Shown here one piece after another: positions 48,393 to 58,700 of a stretch of 64,000 nt of DNA. The translations under genes and the position numbers were made by a program. Origin of the DNA: Candidatus Omnitrophota bacterium. GTDB taxonomy: Bacteria > Omnitrophota > Gorgyraeia > B26-G9 > JBDRCZ01. Location of the stretch: contig JBDRCZ010000073.1 in the NCBI GenBank assembly GCA_043821285.1, positions 3,564 through 67,563 on the forward strand, written 5' to 3'. Every line of letters begins with the position of its first letter. Position 1 is the first letter of the stretch. A model generated the notes under the pieces. The model searched no databases. It was not told the origin of the DNA and saw nothing but the letters and a program-made list of their open reading frames with translations.

Positions 48393-49007
48393 ATGAATAT
48401 ATTGGCGATTGGGGCGCATCCGGATGATATTGAGTTTGGCTGCGGAGGGATGCTGCTTAAGTGTGCCGGGCGGAGGCATAATGTGCATCTGTTGATTTTG
48501 ACTGCCGGCGGAATGGGCGGAATTACCGATATTCGGAAAAAAGAACAGGAACAAGCGGCAAGATTTCTGCAGGCTAAACAGGTTATCTGGGGTGAGTTTA
48601 AGGATACAGAAGTGCCGCTTGATAAAACCTTAATCTCTGCCGTGGAAAATGCAATATCTGATGTCCTGCCGGATATTGTCTTGTTTAATTATATCGATGA
48701 TATCCATCAGGACCACCGGGTATTAGCTCAAGCCGCGACGTCGGCAACAAGATATATAAAGGAAGTGTTATACTATGAAGTGCCGACAACTCATAATTTC
48801 CACCCGGAAATTTTTGTCGATATCGGCGATGTGCTGGAAAAAAAGATTGAACTCTTAAAAATCCATGCCTCCCAGGTTGATAAAACCAGGGTGGAAAATC
48901 TGACAATTTTAGAAAGCGCGCGCTCTTGTGCCAATTTCCGCGGGTATCAGGGGAGAGTAAAGTATGCCGAAGGATTCAAAGCAATCCGGATAATGAAAGA
49001 AATATAG
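48393..49007 (+). CDS. PIG-L/LmbE family N-acetylglucosaminyl deacetylase
   Basis: MNILAIGAHPDDIEFGCGG...HQDH. Confidence 0.8.
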   Translation: MNILAIGAHPDDIEFGCGGMLLKCAGRRHNVHLLILTAGGMGGITDIRKKEQEQAARFLQAKQVIWGEFKDTEVPLDKTLISAVENAISDVLPDIVLFNYIDDIHQDHRVLAQAATSATRYIKEVLYYEVPTTHNFHPEIFVDIGDVLEKKIELLKIHASQVDKTRVENLTILESARSCANFRGYQGRVKYAEGFKAIRIMKEI

Positions 49008-49009
49008 GA

Positions 49010-50035
49010 ATGCAAAAATTACTTATTTTTTTGACGGCATTTTTAATTGTATATTTTTCCACCCCATTATTTAAAAATCTTGCATTAAAATTTAATATTG
49101 TCGATAGACCGGGACGAAGAAAAATACACAAAAAGGTTACCGCGCTTTTGGGGGGTGGTGCGGTTTACTTTGGGGTAATAATTACGTTATTTGTTAATAT
49201 TGCTCAACTGCCGTTTTTGCCGGGGATAGTAATTGGGGCAACATTGATCTTTGTTGTCGGATTATTTGACGATATGAGAAATCTATCTGCCCAGTTGAGA
49301 CTTTTCGTACAGTTGGCGGCGGTGGTGATACTGATGTTGTTTGGGACACGGCTTAGTTTTTTGCCAAATAATGTATTGGGATATACGGGAGAAATTCTTT
49401 TGACGATAATTTGGATTATCGGGATTACGAATGCGGTGAATTACTTAGACGGGATAGACGGACTTGCCGCGGGCACGACCGCGGTAAGCGCGGCCTTTTT
49501 TGCGATTATCGCCTATCAAACTGGTCAGCCGGGTGTCTGCGGGATAAGCCTGGCACTCATGGCTGGTTGTTTGGCTTTTTTGCCGCATAATTTTAGTAAA
49601 GCAAAAATATTTTTAGGCGATGCAGGCAGTACCTTTATTGGGTTTATTCTCGCAAGTATTGCTGTAGTGGGGAACTGGGCGGAAGATAATGTGGTAAAAA
49701 TAACCGTGCCGATTTTGATTTTGGCCATCCCGATTTTTGATATGATTTTTACAACAATAATGCGGATTAAAGAAGAAAAAGTAAACACGATTGTTGAGTG
49801 GCTGAAATATGGGGGACGGGATCATTTTCATCACCGCTTGATTGACCTGGGATTGTCGCATGTGGAAACCGTAGGTTTTATTTGTTTTGTTGCGGGTTCA
49901 TTTGGCATAAATGCGATTATGGTGAGTAATGAAAAGGCAGTTGTTGGGCTGCTTTCGATTATCCAGGCGGGTATTATTTTTGCCGGAATTGGCGTGCTTA
50001 TGGTTATTGGCAAAAGAAGGAGCCACAAGGGATAA
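49010..50035 (+). CDS. polyprenyl-phosphate N-acetylhexosamine-1-phosphate transferase (WecA/MraY superfamily)
   Basis: Polytopic membrane protein with DDxxN-like LFDDMRN, NAVNYLDGIDGLA motifs; start at MQKLLIF after the PIG-L stop. Confidence 0.8.
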   Translation: MQKLLIFLTAFLIVYFSTPLFKNLALKFNIVDRPGRRKIHKKVTALLGGGAVYFGVIITLFVNIAQLPFLPGIVIGATLIFVVGLFDDMRNLSAQLRLFVQLAAVVILMLFGTRLSFLPNNVLGYTGEILLTIIWIIGITNAVNYLDGIDGLAAGTTAVSAAFFAIIAYQTGQPGVCGISLALMAGCLAFLPHNFSKAKIFLGDAGSTFIGFILASIAVVGNWAEDNVVKITVPILILAIPIFDMIFTTIMRIKEEKVNTIVEWLKYGGRDHFHHRLIDLGLSHVETVGFICFVAGSFGINAIMVSNEKAVVGLLSIIQAGIIFAGIGVLMVIGKRRSHKG

Positions 50036-50257
50036 TAAAAAAAATACGAATTGCTAATTGGGATTATAAATACGCATTGCGTATTGAGTATCGAGTATTG
50101 AGCATAAAAAATAAAAAGACGACAATAAAAAATGCAATACACAATACAAAAAATTATGTAACCATAAGTGAACAAAAGAATCGAATATCCGCATAGTATA
50201 CCGGCGGATTAAATTCCCCGCCATGTATTTTGGCGGGTTATTTAAGGAGGTGGAGAG

Positions 50258-50449
50258 ATGAAAAACTTGATTTTTGCCTGTCTGGTTTTGGGTGGAACCG
50301 CTGTGGTGCTGGCAATAGTTTCAAGGATGATAATGATGCCTCTTGAGCTTGTGCCGCGTGGGATCGGGGCACGGGGGTTTTTGGTGTTTGCAAATACCTG
50401 TTTTCTTATTGCGATACTTGCGATTTTATTGCCAGGGAAAGAAAAATAG
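50258..50449 (+). CDS. small membrane protein (63 aa, two TM helices)
   Basis: Good RBS GGAGGTGGAG 5 nt upstream; preceded by the GGATTAAATTCCCCGCC...TTTTGGCGGGT repeat. Confidence 0.35.
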   Translation: MKNLIFACLVLGGTAVVLAIVSRMIMMPLELVPRGIGARGFLVFANTCFLIAILAILLPGKEK

Positions 50450-50579
50450 TTTTACGGAAAACTCAAGGTGTATATTTTTTTATTATTTCGGTAATGGTTA
50501 GGATAAGAATTATCCGCCGGCTTGACGGAAGATTTTCTCTCTCCCGCTAAAGCGGGAGAGAGAAAATCTAGAGATAGAA

Positions 50580-50948
50580 ATGAACAGGTTAGTTTTGGTA
50601 GTTGCCGCGGTATTGTTTTTGCTGAGCATTTTGTCATACACAAAATGCTCAAATACTTTTGAAGAACCTCTGGCGGATAGGGTAGAGGAAACGGCAAAAC
50701 AAAAAGCGGATAGTGATAAATGTTCCGAAGAGGCGGTGGATTGTTTAAAATGCCACGTTACGGCACCGGAATGTCATAGTGATATGAAAATAAGTGATAA
50801 AAAAGTAACCGGACAGGTATGTTATCCATGTCATACGGATAAAGAAACAATAAAGCAGATAAAAGATAGGGACCGGATACACAAGACGCATATTTTTGAA
50901 AATAAAATGACCTGTGTGAAATGCCATGATTTTACTGAAAAAGAATAA
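50580..50948 (+). CDS. triheme c-type cytochrome (three CxxCH motifs in 122 aa)
   Basis: N-terminal signal/anchor; CLKCH, CYPCH, CVKCH; immediately upstream of resB/ccsA. Confidence 0.7.
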   Translation: MNRLVLVVAAVLFLLSILSYTKCSNTFEEPLADRVEETAKQKADSDKCSEEAVDCLKCHVTAPECHSDMKISDKKVTGQVCYPCHTDKETIKQIKDRDRIHKTHIFENKMTCVKCHDFTEKE

Positions 50949-50950
50949 AT

Positions 50951-52039
50951 ATGCCGATCAAACAAACAAAGATCTGGAGATATTTTTCTTCAATACGGCT
51001 GGCGGTCTGGCTGCTGGCGATGCTCACCGTATTTTCCCTAATTGGCACAATTATCCCTCAGAATAAAGAACCCGCAGAGGATATTCTAAGGTATGGCTGC
51101 GTTGTATATAAAATCTTCCATAAGAGCGGACTGTTGGATGTTTTTCATGCCCCATGGTTTATCCTTCTTCTCTTGTTACTGGCACTCAATTTAATCGCTT
51201 GCCTAGGCAACCGTCTGCCGCTGAAAAAACATTTGCTGGGCACAGTTATTGTCCATGCGAGTATTTTAATTATCCTGGCCGGCGTATTAATCGGAGTATT
51301 TTATGGACAAAGAGGGTATGTGCGGATATTTGAGGGGCAAAGTAGAAATTTTTTTTTATCGAGAAATAACAAAGTGTTTTTAGATTTTTCTCTGCACCTT
51401 GAGGAATTTGTTTATGAAGATTATATCAACCCAAAAGAAAAAATATTAATTTATGATCGAGATCGCCGGTTGTGCGCGGCAATTCCTACAGAAATCGGTA
51501 CAGAGTCAGTGGTCCCCGGTAGTGGTGAGCGGGTTAAAATTTTGCAATACCTGCCGGATTTTACAATGCATCTTCCAACAAAAAAAGTAACAACAAGGTC
51601 TGCGGAGCCGAAAAACCCAGCGATAAAAATTCAAGTTGAAAATAAAAAGGGGGAACTTAAAACATCATGGGTGTTTGCTGTTTATCCAGAGGGATGTAAG
51701 ATAGGTAACGGTTTAAAATTTGAGTATCATTGGATGCCGCGCCGGCCGAAAGATTTTCTCAGCAAAATTAGTATTATTAAACATGGTCAAAAGGTAAAGA
51801 GTACAGATATCCGTGTGAATTCCCCGCTTAGATTTGACGGGTATACAATTTTGCAGTCGAGCTATGATAAAAAACAGCATCAATGGTCAGGACTGCAGGT
51901 GGTAAAAGACCATGGTACCCAGGTAGTTTATACGGGATTTGTTTTACTTATTTTGGGACTGGTGATTACCTTCTATGTAAGAATTACAAAACCAGAGAAT
52001 TTAGACGATAGACAAGAGAGCATAGACAAAAAGTATTAA
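50951..52039 (+). CDS. resB: cytochrome c biogenesis protein ResB/Ccs1 (system II)
   Basis: N-terminal IWRYFSSIRLAVWLLAMLTVFSLIGTIIPQ matches the ResB family; large periplasmic domain, C-terminal TM. Confidence 0.85.
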   Translation: MPIKQTKIWRYFSSIRLAVWLLAMLTVFSLIGTIIPQNKEPAEDILRYGCVVYKIFHKSGLLDVFHAPWFILLLLLLALNLIACLGNRLPLKKHLLGTVIVHASILIILAGVLIGVFYGQRGYVRIFEGQSRNFFLSRNNKVFLDFSLHLEEFVYEDYINPKEKILIYDRDRRLCAAIPTEIGTESVVPGSGERVKILQYLPDFTMHLPTKKVTTRSAEPKNPAIKIQVENKKGELKTSWVFAVYPEGCKIGNGLKFEYHWMPRRPKDFLSKISIIKHGQKVKSTDIRVNSPLRFDGYTILQSSYDKKQHQWSGLQVVKDHGTQVVYTGFVLLILGLVITFYVRITKPENLDDRQESIDKKY

Positions 52040-52177
52040 CGACAAATGACGAGATCAGAATGACGTTATACACAGATGAAAAAACTAAAAAATCCGTGCA
52101 ATATCTGTGGCTAAAAAAATATTTAAACAACATTTTTTAAATTTGCGATCAACTGTGCTCTTTAAATCTGTGGCTGC

Positions 52178-52996
52178 TTGTTAGCAGTAATTTTTGAGAG
52201 AAGGCAATTTTTCATAGGGGAAAACATGTTTTCTATGTATCTGAATATTGGGTTTGCGGCGTATTTTTTAGCAATGGTTTTTTATACTGCCGGGTTGTTT
52301 TTTAGAAATAGAGTTTTACCCGCTCTGGCTAGAGGAGCGATGATTGTTGGGATTTTTAGTTTGACGATATACCTGGTAATACGCTGGATAGCTGCCCAGC
52401 AGCCGCCTTTGAGTAATATGTTTGAATCGTTGGTTTTATTTTCCTCGGCGATTGGTGTTGTGTTTATTTTTGTGGATTTGAAATATAAAACTAAAAGTAT
52501 TAGCGTACTGGTTGTGTTAATAAGTCTCGTGGCGTTGGGATATGCTGGTTTATTCGATAAAGACATAACCCCGCTGCTTCCCGCTTTAAAAAGTAATTGG
52601 CTGACCATTCATGTGTTGACCTGTTTTATTGGGTATGCAGCTTTCACCGTGGCATTTGTTTCAAGCCTCGTCTATTTAATAGAGAGGTGCGGTAATATGA
52701 TGCTCGAAGAGATAAGTTATAAAATGATTGCGTTTGGTTTTCTGTTTCTAACATTAGGGATAATCAGCGGGGCGGTTTGGGCAAATGTTACCTGGGGTAG
52801 TTATTGGAACTGGGACCCGAAGGAAACATGGTCTTTAATAACCTGGTTTGTTTACGCAATATATCTGCATCTTCGCCTTAGAAAAAGCTGGCAGGGGGGG
52901 GGAACTGCCTGGATTTCAATTGTGGGTTTTTCCGCCATGCTGTTTACATATTTTGGGGTAAATTATTTCATGTCAGGACTACATAGTTATTTATAA
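52178..52996 (+). CDS. ccsA: cytochrome c biogenesis protein CcsA/ResC (system II heme handling)
   Basis: WGSYWNWDPKETWSLITW = WGxxWxWD tryptophan-rich motif; polytopic. Confidence 0.9.
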   Translation: MLAVIFERRQFFIGENMFSMYLNIGFAAYFLAMVFYTAGLFFRNRVLPALARGAMIVGIFSLTIYLVIRWIAAQQPPLSNMFESLVLFSSAIGVVFIFVDLKYKTKSISVLVVLISLVALGYAGLFDKDITPLLPALKSNWLTIHVLTCFIGYAAFTVAFVSSLVYLIERCGNMMLEEISYKMIAFGFLFLTLGIISGAVWANVTWGSYWNWDPKETWSLITWFVYAIYLHLRLRKSWQGGGTAWISIVGFSAMLFTYFGVNYFMSGLHSYL

Positions 52997-53143
52997 TCCC
53001 AAAATTTGCATTCTTGTCCAGTTACCATATTGCGCAGCCTTTTTTGTCCAGGCAACTGCTTTTGTTTCATCAGTGAAATGCTCTCCGTGGTCATAAAATT
53101 GTACACCGAGATTATTATCCATTTCATTTTCCCCTCCTAGTTC

Positions 53144-53611
53144 TTAAAATAAGGAAAGTTGGTTGAGAAAAGTAGTGACACTACCAGAACTTTTGTCTGG
53201 AGAAATGGATAGTGCAGTTGCCGTTAAAATTAAAATATCCTTAGTAACATTGACTGCATTTTTCGGAATAACAAGGTTTATGATAACCGCTTTTTGCTCG
53301 CCGCTATTTAACGGCCCGATGATATTTCCCTCGGGAAAAGATGTTTCCCAGTTATTTGACGATACTGCCTCCAGCCGGTAAATGCCTAAAGAATACCCGT
53401 TGTTTTTTACGGTGAAGACATATGTGAGAGTTTTTCCGGGATAGCCTGATTGGCTCTCCGGAGCAATGACCATAACCCCTGAAGTAATTTCTTTTATCGT
53501 AACCGTGACAGAGATAGAACTTGCCCCAGCAGCTAAAGCACAAGTTGGACAGGTACTAGCAATTATCAAATATATAATTAACATGCTGATAAAATTATTT
53601 CTAACAATCAT
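53144..53611 (-). CDS. small secreted beta-rich protein, paralogue of 55087..55569 and of the subtilase C-terminal domain
   Basis: Signal peptide; starts ISVTVTIKEITSG, like IVVTVTIENVSIEV (55087 ORF) and the C-terminal about 150 aa of the 1433-aa protease. Confidence 0.5.
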   Translation of the reverse strand: MIVRNNFISMLIIYLIIASTCPTCALAAGASSISVTVTIKEITSGVMVIAPESQSGYPGKTLTYVFTVKNNGYSLGIYRLEAVSSNNWETSFPEGNIIGPLNSGEQKAVIINLVIPKNAVNVTKDILILTATALSISPDKSSGSVTTFLNQLSLF

Positions 53612-53763
53612 AAAAGTTGCCTTTTTTTAAATGAGTAGACAATTTACGAAGTGTTAACTTCGCAAATTGTAGGACTATGTCCGTCTGCGAATTTAATCCG
53701 CCAGCGCTTTATGGCGGATATTCAAAGGTACCGCATAACTTATTGCCGAAGGCAATAAGTTAT

Positions 53764-54693
53764 TCATTCGAGCTTAATCCGCATGAATCGTGCCCGTCCT
53801 TCATCAGGCTCAATAAATATAAGTGCTTCCCATTTTTTATTAACATCGATACTTTTTTTCGGAATATTTATGGTCACAATTAATTCTGCGCGTTTCCCGG
53901 GTTTAATTTTTAGAGTTCTTTTATTGGTCTTAAGCCATGTTATCTCCGGTATCCAGGAGTATCCCGGAGAAGGGACAATCTGTTCGCGGGATTTATCAAC
54001 CGCGATTATCTGAGAGGTTATTTTATATTTATGGACGTTATGATCATTATTATAAATCGTAACAATGTTTTTTTGTTTTGTCCCGGATGTTAGATCTTTA
54101 AAAATAACTGTGCTTGGGACAATTCCGCATGTCCCATCGGGCGTTTCCTGTAACCCGCTTTGGCTTTCGGTTTCAAGTTGGTAACGGGGATAAACGGCTA
54201 AAGTGAGCATTTCACCTTTTTCAGCACTACCCGCAATCCCCAATGATATTGTCCAGTGCTGATTATAGTATTTTTCTTCCTGGGGTATCTTAAAATACAT
54301 GCGTACTTTTTCTCTGCTCTGCGGAGGAACCGTTACTTCATCTTTGTCAAACCAGAACCATGCCGGATCAGGTATCTCTAAATAACCTTTAAGCCACTTT
54401 TTATTACCCACGGCTGAAGGTTTGAAGGTGGTTATTTTATAGGTATGGGGCAAGTCATCTTTGTTTTCAATAAGCAGGGTAATTCCTGATTTTTCTTCAA
54501 GGTCGTAAGTTTCCCCTAATTTGACCTGTTGAATTAGCAGCCCCCCCGGCTGAACACTTAACCCCATACTTGGGGCTGCTTTTTCTTCCGCCGCATAAAT
54601 GCTATTGTAACATAAAAATAATATTAGTATTAAAAGAAATCCATTTTTCATATAATTATCCCTACATTTTTCTAAGCAACCACAGATTTTCAC
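53764..54693 (-). CDS. hypothetical secreted protein (309 aa)
   Basis: Cleavable signal peptide (LILILFLCYNSIYAAEE); no recognisable family. Confidence 0.5.
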   Translation of the reverse strand: MKICGCLEKCRDNYMKNGFLLILILFLCYNSIYAAEEKAAPSMGLSVQPGGLLIQQVKLGETYDLEEKSGITLLIENKDDLPHTYKITTFKPSAVGNKKWLKGYLEIPDPAWFWFDKDEVTVPPQSREKVRMYFKIPQEEKYYNQHWTISLGIAGSAEKGEMLTLAVYPRYQLETESQSGLQETPDGTCGIVPSTVIFKDLTSGTKQKNIVTIYNNDHNVHKYKITSQIIAVDKSREQIVPSPGYSWIPEITWLKTNKRTLKIKPGKRAELIVTINIPKKSIDVNKKWEALIFIEPDEGRARFMRIKLE

Positions 54694-54760
54694 AATTGTT
54701 ATTTTTTAGCCGCGGATTAACACTGATGAAAAACACGGATTTTTAATTATTTTTATTTTT

Positions 54761-54833
54761 AACCACAGAGAGCACTGAGTTTCACAGAGAATTTTATATT
54801 GATTTATATGCCCTCTGTGTACTCCGTGGTTTA
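54761..54833. repeat. short copy of the CACAGAG MITE-like repeat (AACCACAGAGAGCACTGAGTTTCACAGAG ... CCCTCTGTGTACTCCGTGGTTTA)
   Basis: Terminal inverted repeats matching those of the element at 13748-13974 but without the heptamer hairpin. Confidence 0.5.
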
Positions 54834-55086
54834 TTTACATTGATTTTTTCAGATAACAATCTGCGTAATCTGTCTCATCCGTGGTTACTTTTCAGTTTTT
54901 TATAACATTTTTGACAGCAGCGAATATTATACAATATTTTTTATTGTAATAACATGAATAATATTTGTTATTATCCAGCTGCTTTTAGTTTTTATACTCG
55001 ATACTCAATACGGATATTGTTACCGTGATACCTTTCTGTTCCCCGCCCCCGCAAAGGGGGCGGGGATAGTTTTAGCCAGCTGTCAA

Positions 55087-55569
55087 TTACGAAGCTGCAG
55101 CCGTAACCGTTACAGTGATTGTCTGCTGTGTGTAATCAGTAGTTGGTGATGGTGAATTAAATTCCAGTCCAAAATTGTATGAAGCACCAGACGCGAGACC
55201 TGAAGTTAACGAAACACCACCAGTTGTGATATTTGTATTGTAAGGACCACCCGCTGCGCCAAAGTCCATGGCAAACACATCCGCCCCCGCGGCAGCTCCT
55301 GCTGTCCAGGCAGAACTGTTACTTATCGCAATTGTAAGATCTTCGGTGACATTACCATTGTTAAGCGCGACACAGGGATCTTGTGTTGCAATATCACCTG
55401 CGGAAATAGTGCCGATTGGCCAGGCACTAGGAGTAACTTCAATAGAAACATTTTCTATTGTTACTGTAACCACGATTGTATCATCGGCAGCCTCTGCTCG
55501 GATTACTCCAAAACCAGCTATAAGCACCAAAGCAGTCAAACATATAAGCATTTTTTTCATTTTTTTCAC
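55087..55569 (-). CDS. small secreted beta-rich protein (160 aa), paralogue of the subtilase C-terminal domain
   Basis: Signal peptide MKKMKKMLICLTALVLIAGFGVIRAEA; VTPSAWPIGTISAGDI versus VNPNAWPVGIVAFNEI near the C-terminus of the 1433-aa protein; both end in ITVTVTA / IIVTVGA. Confidence 0.55.
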   Translation of the reverse strand: MKKMKKMLICLTALVLIAGFGVIRAEAADDTIVVTVTIENVSIEVTPSAWPIGTISAGDIATQDPCVALNNGNVTEDLTIAISNSSAWTAGAAAGADVFAMDFGAAGGPYNTNITTGGVSLTSGLASGASYNFGLEFNSPSPTTDYTQQTITVTVTAAAS

Positions 55570-55733
55570 CTCCTTTCAGTATTCATTATTCATTCGTCAT
55601 TTTTTCTATTCTCTCTCTATTTTTTTATTCCGGTTAATCCGGTTTATTTTATTATTGTATTGCGTCGTGCATATTGCGTTTTTTATTTCTTTCACGCAAT
55701 ACCCAATGCTCAATACACAATACGTATTTAGAA

Positions 55734-58700
55734 CTATAATGCCTGTTCTGCTCCGACGGTTACAATTATTGCCTGTTCGCTTGTATCCGAGGTTGAAATT
55801 GGCGCTTGAAATTGAAACCATAAATCTACGGTATCACCGGGGATAATATTTGTGCCGTTTTTAGATAAAGACGGGTCCCCGAATTTATTTTCATCTGCCA
55901 CAACCGGCACACCGGAGAGAATAATATCATCGTTTTTAAATAAACTGGCTGTGGGACTATCCGAACTACCACAGAAGAGCCCACGCAAGACATAAGTTTC
56001 ACTGCCGGCTGTTACATCCGGCAGCCAGGTGGGGGCACTAAATGTTATGTTTAAAGTAAAAGTTTCATTTACTGAACCACTATTTGTTACGGTGATCGCG
56101 CTTTCTTCTGTAGATTGGGTGATTTCATTGAAAGCAACTATACCAACCGGCCAGGCATTTGGATTAACCGAGACATTTAAGACAAAAGGCGCGGTCATAA
56201 AATTTGGTACCGGGTAATTTCCACCAGCAACCTCAGACATCCATTGCTCGATTACCGAATAACTGCCTTGGGTAAAAGCCAGGATATATTCCGCCTCATT
56301 TGTTGGCAGAGCGGAGGTAGTATCATATCTTATTCTTAGCGCTTCGGCCCCAGCTTCATACCAGCAGCCAACATCTTGCAGAGAAGTAGTTAGGGGATTA
56401 GGAAAATATACCCAAGAGATTAATAGGTTATCCACGCTGTCAGCGGTTAATGAATTATCATATATGGCAACATATTTTTCTTGTTCGCCCAAGGTCTCAA
56501 AATTAGTCCAGTTATTTGGGGTTAAAGTGTTAGTTAAGGCATCGGTCCCGTTACCAATATGGTACCGGTCATCTTCAGAACTTACACCTAAACAGCCGGA
56601 AATCGGGGAAAAGATTGTTGAAATATCGTCAATGTTTAAATCAAATCCCGTGAGTTTATAGACAAGATAGTCTGCTTCTTCGGTCCGCATGTCAATAGAT
56701 ATATCAAAACTGGTTGTTGTTGTTTGTTCATGATAAACAGTATTGATTATCTCAACATTTGTGTTTATTGAGTCTTCGACGACATTCCATGGGGAGCCGG
56801 GGTTACTTCCGGCAGTATCATCTTCAAAATCTTCGGTAAAATAATGCGTTGGCCCGGAATAGATATCAAGATCATCAACATAACATAATGCGTCAAAGTG
56901 GTCTTGGTTAGGTGAGCCGGAGATCCACAGGCCGGTATCCATGTCTATCTTGCTGATATTTGCTAACGCGTTCCAGAAGTTTACATTAACTGTTTTGGGA
57001 TTGGTCATATCATCAATGTAAACAGACATCTTATCGGTGATACAGTCAAAGATGATTTTAAAATGATACCATTGGTCAGGGTTATAGGCCATGATTGTGT
57101 TTTGCACACCATTATAATAACCAATACTCCCGCTTAAAAAATAGATATCTAAGCCAGCTAATCCGGAACTATTTTTCAGCATAATATCAAATGAATCCTT
57201 ATCTATTTGGCTGCGGCAGCGTGCCCAGAATTCAAGCGTGCCCTGAGTAATCGGGCTAAAATCTGCACTTATGCGGCACCCTTTGGCACTATTATTTGTA
57301 CCAAGATCATCATCATCAAGCATGCAGGATTGCCCTCCGGGGATTGCCTTGGTTAGCTCGCTCTTTAGTGTGACTACCCCAGAAGATGAATTTTCGCCTT
57401 CAATAAACGAAAAAGAATGAAAATTAATCCCGCTTAAATTATCAGTGGTAATCTCAGCTCTGCCATTTGTATCATTATCCAAAATTCCGGTAAAATTAAA
57501 ACTGTTGCTGGCGTCTTTTTGATACAAATATAACAAAGAATTATCCGGAGGAGTTTTTCCGTCATATACCGCAATTAGGTGTTTGTTTTCTAACACATAA
57601 TCATCGTTCCCATCATTATTATAATCAAGCCGGTAGGCGGATACTCCGGTTTGTGGATAGAGGTGGAAGTGTTTTTGGGTATTTAGGATAGGCCCGGCAA
57701 CATTTATATCTGCTAAATAAACGTCCGGGGCTTGTCCGCTGCTATCCCATGAGGCGCGATAATAACCGTTTCCTTGGTCAAGCAGACTAAGTGTAGTTAC
57801 CGTGGAACCATTACTGAGTTTCAAATCTGCGGTAACATCTGCCCCGGTAAGGGGGCTGCCATCGGAAACAACATAGGCTTCAATATACACGGGATCAGTA
57901 GAGTCAAAAAATTTCTCTTCTTGAGAATATCCCGCATCCTGGTATATCTTCCCAATCAGATTATTTTCATAATTAGGGGTAAAAACTAAGGAGTACTTTT
58001 GTGGAGCCGAAGGGATGTTATAGCCATATATTTCAATTGTCCAGTTACCCGGGGTAATACTGCTGCTTACAGTGACTTGTTCGACATTATTAGTATGGTC
58101 TTCTTGGGTTTGCACGGCCGGGGCCGCCGGGTTAGCCGGGTCAAGTGTCCAGGGGTAATAACGTACATTATTCGGGTCAGTTACAATTAGGTCTAAGTCA
58201 TTAATTAGGGCAAAAGCCGCACCTTCTGTTGCGGCGGGATCATCCCAAACTAAGGTTATTTTTACCGCCATTGTCCCTTCAGGTACGTATAACGAATAGG
58301 TATCAGTAATATTATGGGAAACGTCGTCTTCAACAATACTCTGGGTTCTTAATTTATCAATCGAATCTTTAATTTGAATTCCTCCATAACCAAAGCTGTA
58401 GTCAGGACCGGTACTGCCTAAATCCTGAGCGCCATGGATTAATAGCCCTTTGATTGTCGAAGGCAGGGGGTCTTGGCCGGAGGAGAGGTTACGGTAATCC
58501 TGAATTATTAACGAGACACATCCGGAAACACAGGGTGCGGCCATTGAGGTACCATAATAGACGCCATAGTTATCCGCGGGAAAGGTAGATTTGATTCCGC
58601 CATCTCCGCCGACTTCATCACCCGGGGCAACCAGGTCAGGTTTAATTCGGCCGTCATCCATTGGTCCCCAGCCGCTAAAAATGGTCATACTATTATCATC

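Noticed and set aside
49525-50175. Three overlapping minus-strand ORFs (87, 82, 114 aa)
   Set aside because: Antisense to the WecA-like membrane protein gene; hydrophobic mirror translations only.
55035-55062. Perfect GC hairpin CCCCGCCCCCGCAAAGGGGGCGGGG downstream of the 160-aa secreted protein gene
   Set aside because: Strong stem, but no U-tract on the minus strand where the gene ends (the plus-strand flank is only weakly T-rich). Not called as a canonical intrinsic terminator; it may be part of the adjacent repeat debris.
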